Part shown: positions 34,881-36,860 of the stretch, in pieces
Layout: each line of letters opens with the position of its first letter
Position numbering within the stretch: position 1 is the first letter of the stretch
IMG/VR virus record: IMGVR_UViG_3300020043_000479
Coordinates: 1 to 36,860 of that record
Reading direction: 5' to 3' (one strand)
Origin: a virus
Lineage: Duplodnaviria > Caudoviricetes
DNA length: 36,860 bases
The notes under the pieces: model-generated
What the model was told of the DNA's origin: nothing
The model's database searches: none
The model's input: the letters and a program-made list of their open reading frames with translations, nothing else
Translations under genes and position numbers: made by a program

Positions 34881-35368
34881 GATTCCTTTCTTACTGCCCG
34901 ACTAATAGTCATTGGGCTTACATTAAAGATGCTACACATAGAGATTTGAGATTCTCCATTTGCAACTCGATTTCTTATGTCGTTAACTTGGTTTCTTGTT
35001 AACTTTGCCATTGGATTTTTTTCACCAAATCCAACAGTTCCGTGTGAAACTTTGTCATAAGCATTTTGAGAAGGTGTACCCCATTTAAGATTTGATGCGT
35101 CATTGTTTTGATTGTTTCCATCCAAATGACGGCACTCAAGACCTGGCGTTGATGCTCCATTGAAAAGTTCACAAACAGTTCTATGAATGTAAATTTTCTT
35201 TTTGCTTTCAACGCAAACAGCTTTGTAGCCATATTGACCACAAGTTGTTCCTTTAAGAATTCTAAATTTGCCATTTTTTAAAGATGCAGCTTTCCCACAT
35301 CTAGAAAAATAGTAGTCTTTGTAAATTGGATGTTGAATCCAATCGCCAGATAAAATAACGTTGCTCAT
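34871..35368 (-). CDS. Free-standing HNH endonuclease (I-HmuI-like core with C-terminal HTH)
   Basis: YIHRTV...CRHLDGN..NN..SNL.WGT.S.N; GEKNPMAKLT; ATG 35368. Confidence 0.85.
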   Translation of the reverse strand: MSNVILSGDWIQHPIYKDYYFSRCGKAASLKNGKFRILKGTTCGQYGYKAVCVESKKKIYIHRTVCELFNGASTPGLECRHLDGNNQNNDASNLKWGTPSQNAYDKVSHGTVGFGEKNPMAKLTRNQVNDIRNRVANGESQISMCSIFNVSPMTISRAVRKESWK

Positions 35369-35474
35369 GCTGTCGTTGCCTTTATAACGATGGTTTGAGA
35401 AGTGACGGCTTGGTGTTGGTAGCATCAGGCCGTTGCGCTATTGTATCACCTTGTAGGTAAACTAATGTGTTTCC

Positions 35475-35747
35475 TTAAAAAGTGTAGCGTGGGCCACAGG
35501 TTACTTCTACGACTGTTTCAACTGAGTAACCCGCAATCTTACGTTTGGCATAGATTGGAATGGCTCGTAGTCCCGCAGTCTCACATTGTTTGATGGCATC
35601 AATGACTTCATTGCGACCCATTGATTGAATCCGTGGGTCAACAATTAGTTCTTGGTTGGGGGCTTCCAACTTTGGGTCTGATGACAAGATTGGTTTGTTT
35701 GACGAACAAGCCACCAAAAACAGGGATAAGAACAAAACGTATTTCAT
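35475..35747 (-). CDS. Early-region lipoprotein
   Basis: MKYVLFLSLFLVAC lipobox; two further Cys. Confidence 0.75.
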   Translation of the reverse strand: MKYVLFLSLFLVACSSNKPILSSDPKLEAPNQELIVDPRIQSMGRNEVIDAIKQCETAGLRAIPIYAKRKIAGYSVETVVEVTCGPRYTF

Positions 35748-35749
35748 GT

Positions 35750-35962
35750 TTAACCCCAAAGATGAGAAACTAAGAAACCTGCGGCAAAGGCAAGTGTCAT
35801 GTAGACCCAAAACTCAGCTTGTTGGCTAACGTCTGATTGATGAGCTTCTAACCATTCCCAACGTTGACGAGCCTGAATAGCGTCATAAGTGTTTGGGTAG
35901 GCCTCTTGCATTGTGCGAGGGTAGGTGCGGGTGGTGTCGTTAAGTTGAGATTTCATTTTCAT
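35750..35962 (-). CDS. Small membrane-anchored protein, first gene of the leftward operon
   Basis: TTRTYPRTMQEAYP motif, C-terminal TM; AGGA SD. Confidence 0.65.
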   Translation of the reverse strand: MKMKSQLNDTTRTYPRTMQEAYPNTYDAIQARQRWEWLEAHQSDVSQQAEFWVYMTLAFAAGFLVSHLWG

Positions 35963-36007
35963 AATGTTTCCTAAGTTACCGTTTGCGTTGCGCTGCGGGA
36001 TGTATGA

Positions 36008-36038
36008 AGTGTATAGCAAAATTGACAGGATTTACAAC
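36008..36038 (-). promoter_or_regulatory. Leftward early promoter (PL-like)
   Basis: Minus strand TTGTAA-18 bp-TACACT. Confidence 0.55.
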
Positions 36039-36063
36039 AAACAAAGAAAAAGTTGAAGGAGTG

Positions 36064-36092
36064 TTGTATTTATGTCAATTTTACCTTACACT
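36064..36092 (+). promoter_or_regulatory. Rightward early promoter (PR-like)
   Basis: TTGTAT-17 bp-TACACT, 6 nt before the cro ATG. Confidence 0.6.
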
Positions 36093-36098
36093 AAAAAC

Positions 36099-36269
36099 AT
36101 GGACATCAACAAGATTATCAAGAACGCAGGCTCACAGAGTGAGCTTGCTAGGCTATTAGGCGTAGAAAGGACTTCTGTTTATCTTTGGAAGAAGAACGGA
36201 GTCATTCCTAAGTCGCGCCTATGGCAAATACAACTTTACTTTCCTGAACTTTTGAAAGACAAACAATGA
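36099..36269 (+). CDS. Cro-like HTH regulator
   Basis: IKNAGSQSELARLLGV.RTSVYLW....IP..R..QI. Confidence 0.85.
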   Translation: MDINKIIKNAGSQSELARLLGVERTSVYLWKKNGVIPKSRLWQIQLYFPELLKDKQ

Positions 36270-36571
36270 GCTACGCAGACTTAGAAATGAAAGTCGTGCA
36301 ATGGGGGGAGAAGCGAGGAATCGTTCAAAACTCCAACCCACTTGCCCAAGCTATCAAGACGCAAGAGGAACTTGATGAGCTAGTTGATGCGTTGCGAAAT
36401 GACGATAAGGCAGCTATTGCTGACGCTTATGGCGACATCTTGGTGACGTTGATCATGGGCTGTGCCATTGCTGACCTTGACCTTGTGACTTGCTTAGAAG
36501 GTGCTTATCAAGAAATCAAAGACCGCAAAGGCTTCTTGAACAAGAACGGTATTTTTGTAAAGGAAGCATGA
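36266..36571 (+). CDS. MazG-like NTP pyrophosphohydrolase
   Basis: KTQEELDEL...DAYGDILVTL...AYQEIKDRKG..NGIFVKE. Confidence 0.85.
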   Translation: MSYADLEMKVVQWGEKRGIVQNSNPLAQAIKTQEELDELVDALRNDDKAAIADAYGDILVTLIMGCAIADLDLVTCLEGAYQEIKDRKGFLNKNGIFVKEA

Positions 36572-36720
36572 TGGGTGGATTTATTGCCTTCTTGTGTGGC
36601 TTTGCCTGGCTTACCCACATTTTTACTTGCTTTGCACAAGGCTTCTGGGGCTTCTTGGTAGCTGGCGCAATCTTTTTCCCAATCGGCATCCTGCATGGGA
36701 TGTGGCTTTGGTTTAACTGA
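36568..36720 (+). CDS. Small membrane protein
   Basis: AWLTHIFTC...WGFLVAGAIFFPIGILHG; ATGA coupling. Confidence 0.65.
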   Translation: MMGGFIAFLCGFAWLTHIFTCFAQGFWGFLVAGAIFFPIGILHGMWLWFN

Positions 36721-36726
36721 TATAAT
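36718..36726 (+). promoter_or_regulatory. Extended -10 promoter (TGaTATAAT) upstream of the HNH/replication genes
   Basis: TG-A-TATAAT just upstream of the structured leader. Confidence 0.55.
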
Positions 36727-36732
36727 GTTTTG

Positions 36733-36807
36733 AAACAGGGCTAGGTCAGAAGTAATTAGCTGACCGAAAAGCGTACTCCCCGCCTGCCTGTGTTTCTTTC
36801 TGGGAGT
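36733..36807 (+). ncRNA. Candidate cis-regulatory three-way-junction/pseudoknot RNA (same as 1-68 across the junction)
   Basis: GGTCAG/CTGACC and GCG/CGC stems, AAACAGG/CCTGTGTTT closing stem, loop ACTCCC complementary to downstream GGGAGT. Confidence 0.5.
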
Positions 36808-36860
36808 TTGCGGAGAAGCCTTATGGCAAAAAAGACCTATTCAGAGAAGCTGCTCGACCC
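36740..36860. repeat. Terminal direct repeat, right copy
   Basis: Identical to 1-121. Confidence 0.95.

Noticed and set aside
36740-36860. 121-bp terminal repeat as a biological direct terminal repeat
   Set aside because: It interrupts a gene far from the terminase region, and an exact short overlap is what assemblers leave on circular contigs
1-36860. tRNA genes, integrase/att site, alternative genetic code
   Set aside because: No cloverleaf or recombinase motifs were recognised, and genes read intact in the standard code

Overview
This window looks like a complete, circularly assembled tailed-phage genome of 36,739 unique bp; bases 1-121 recur exactly at 36740-36860, most likely as assembly overlap. 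The virion module is P22-like (podovirus): TerS, TerL, portal, scaffold, coat, gp4/gp10-like tail proteins, three ejection proteins and several fibre modules. It is followed by a lysis region (holin-like, Rz/Rz1, GH19 endolysin). The early region is lambdoid in layout: a Cro-like HTH, a replication initiator and nin-like genes run rightward, and Erf, YqaJ exonuclease, an SSB-like gene and two HNH endonucleases run leftward. I found no integrase, CI-type repressor, tRNA or CRISPR array. A Gram-negative host follows from the spanins; a proteobacterial host is inferred. The most notable observations are: (1) a C5-cytosine methyltransferase split over two fully overlapping reading frames that share one ribosome-binding site; (2) a HExxH polyvalent-type protein between TerS and TerL, next to a G-quadruplex-like tract and a direct repeat, which shares an N-x-L terminal motif with the ejection proteins; (3) two candidate structured RNAs; (4) mirror-image divergent promoters with a leaderless cro; (5) apparent absence of CCGG; and (6) an extra membrane/lipoprotein cassette in the lysis region. 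All calls come from reading the sequence and remembered family motifs; no database searches were run.
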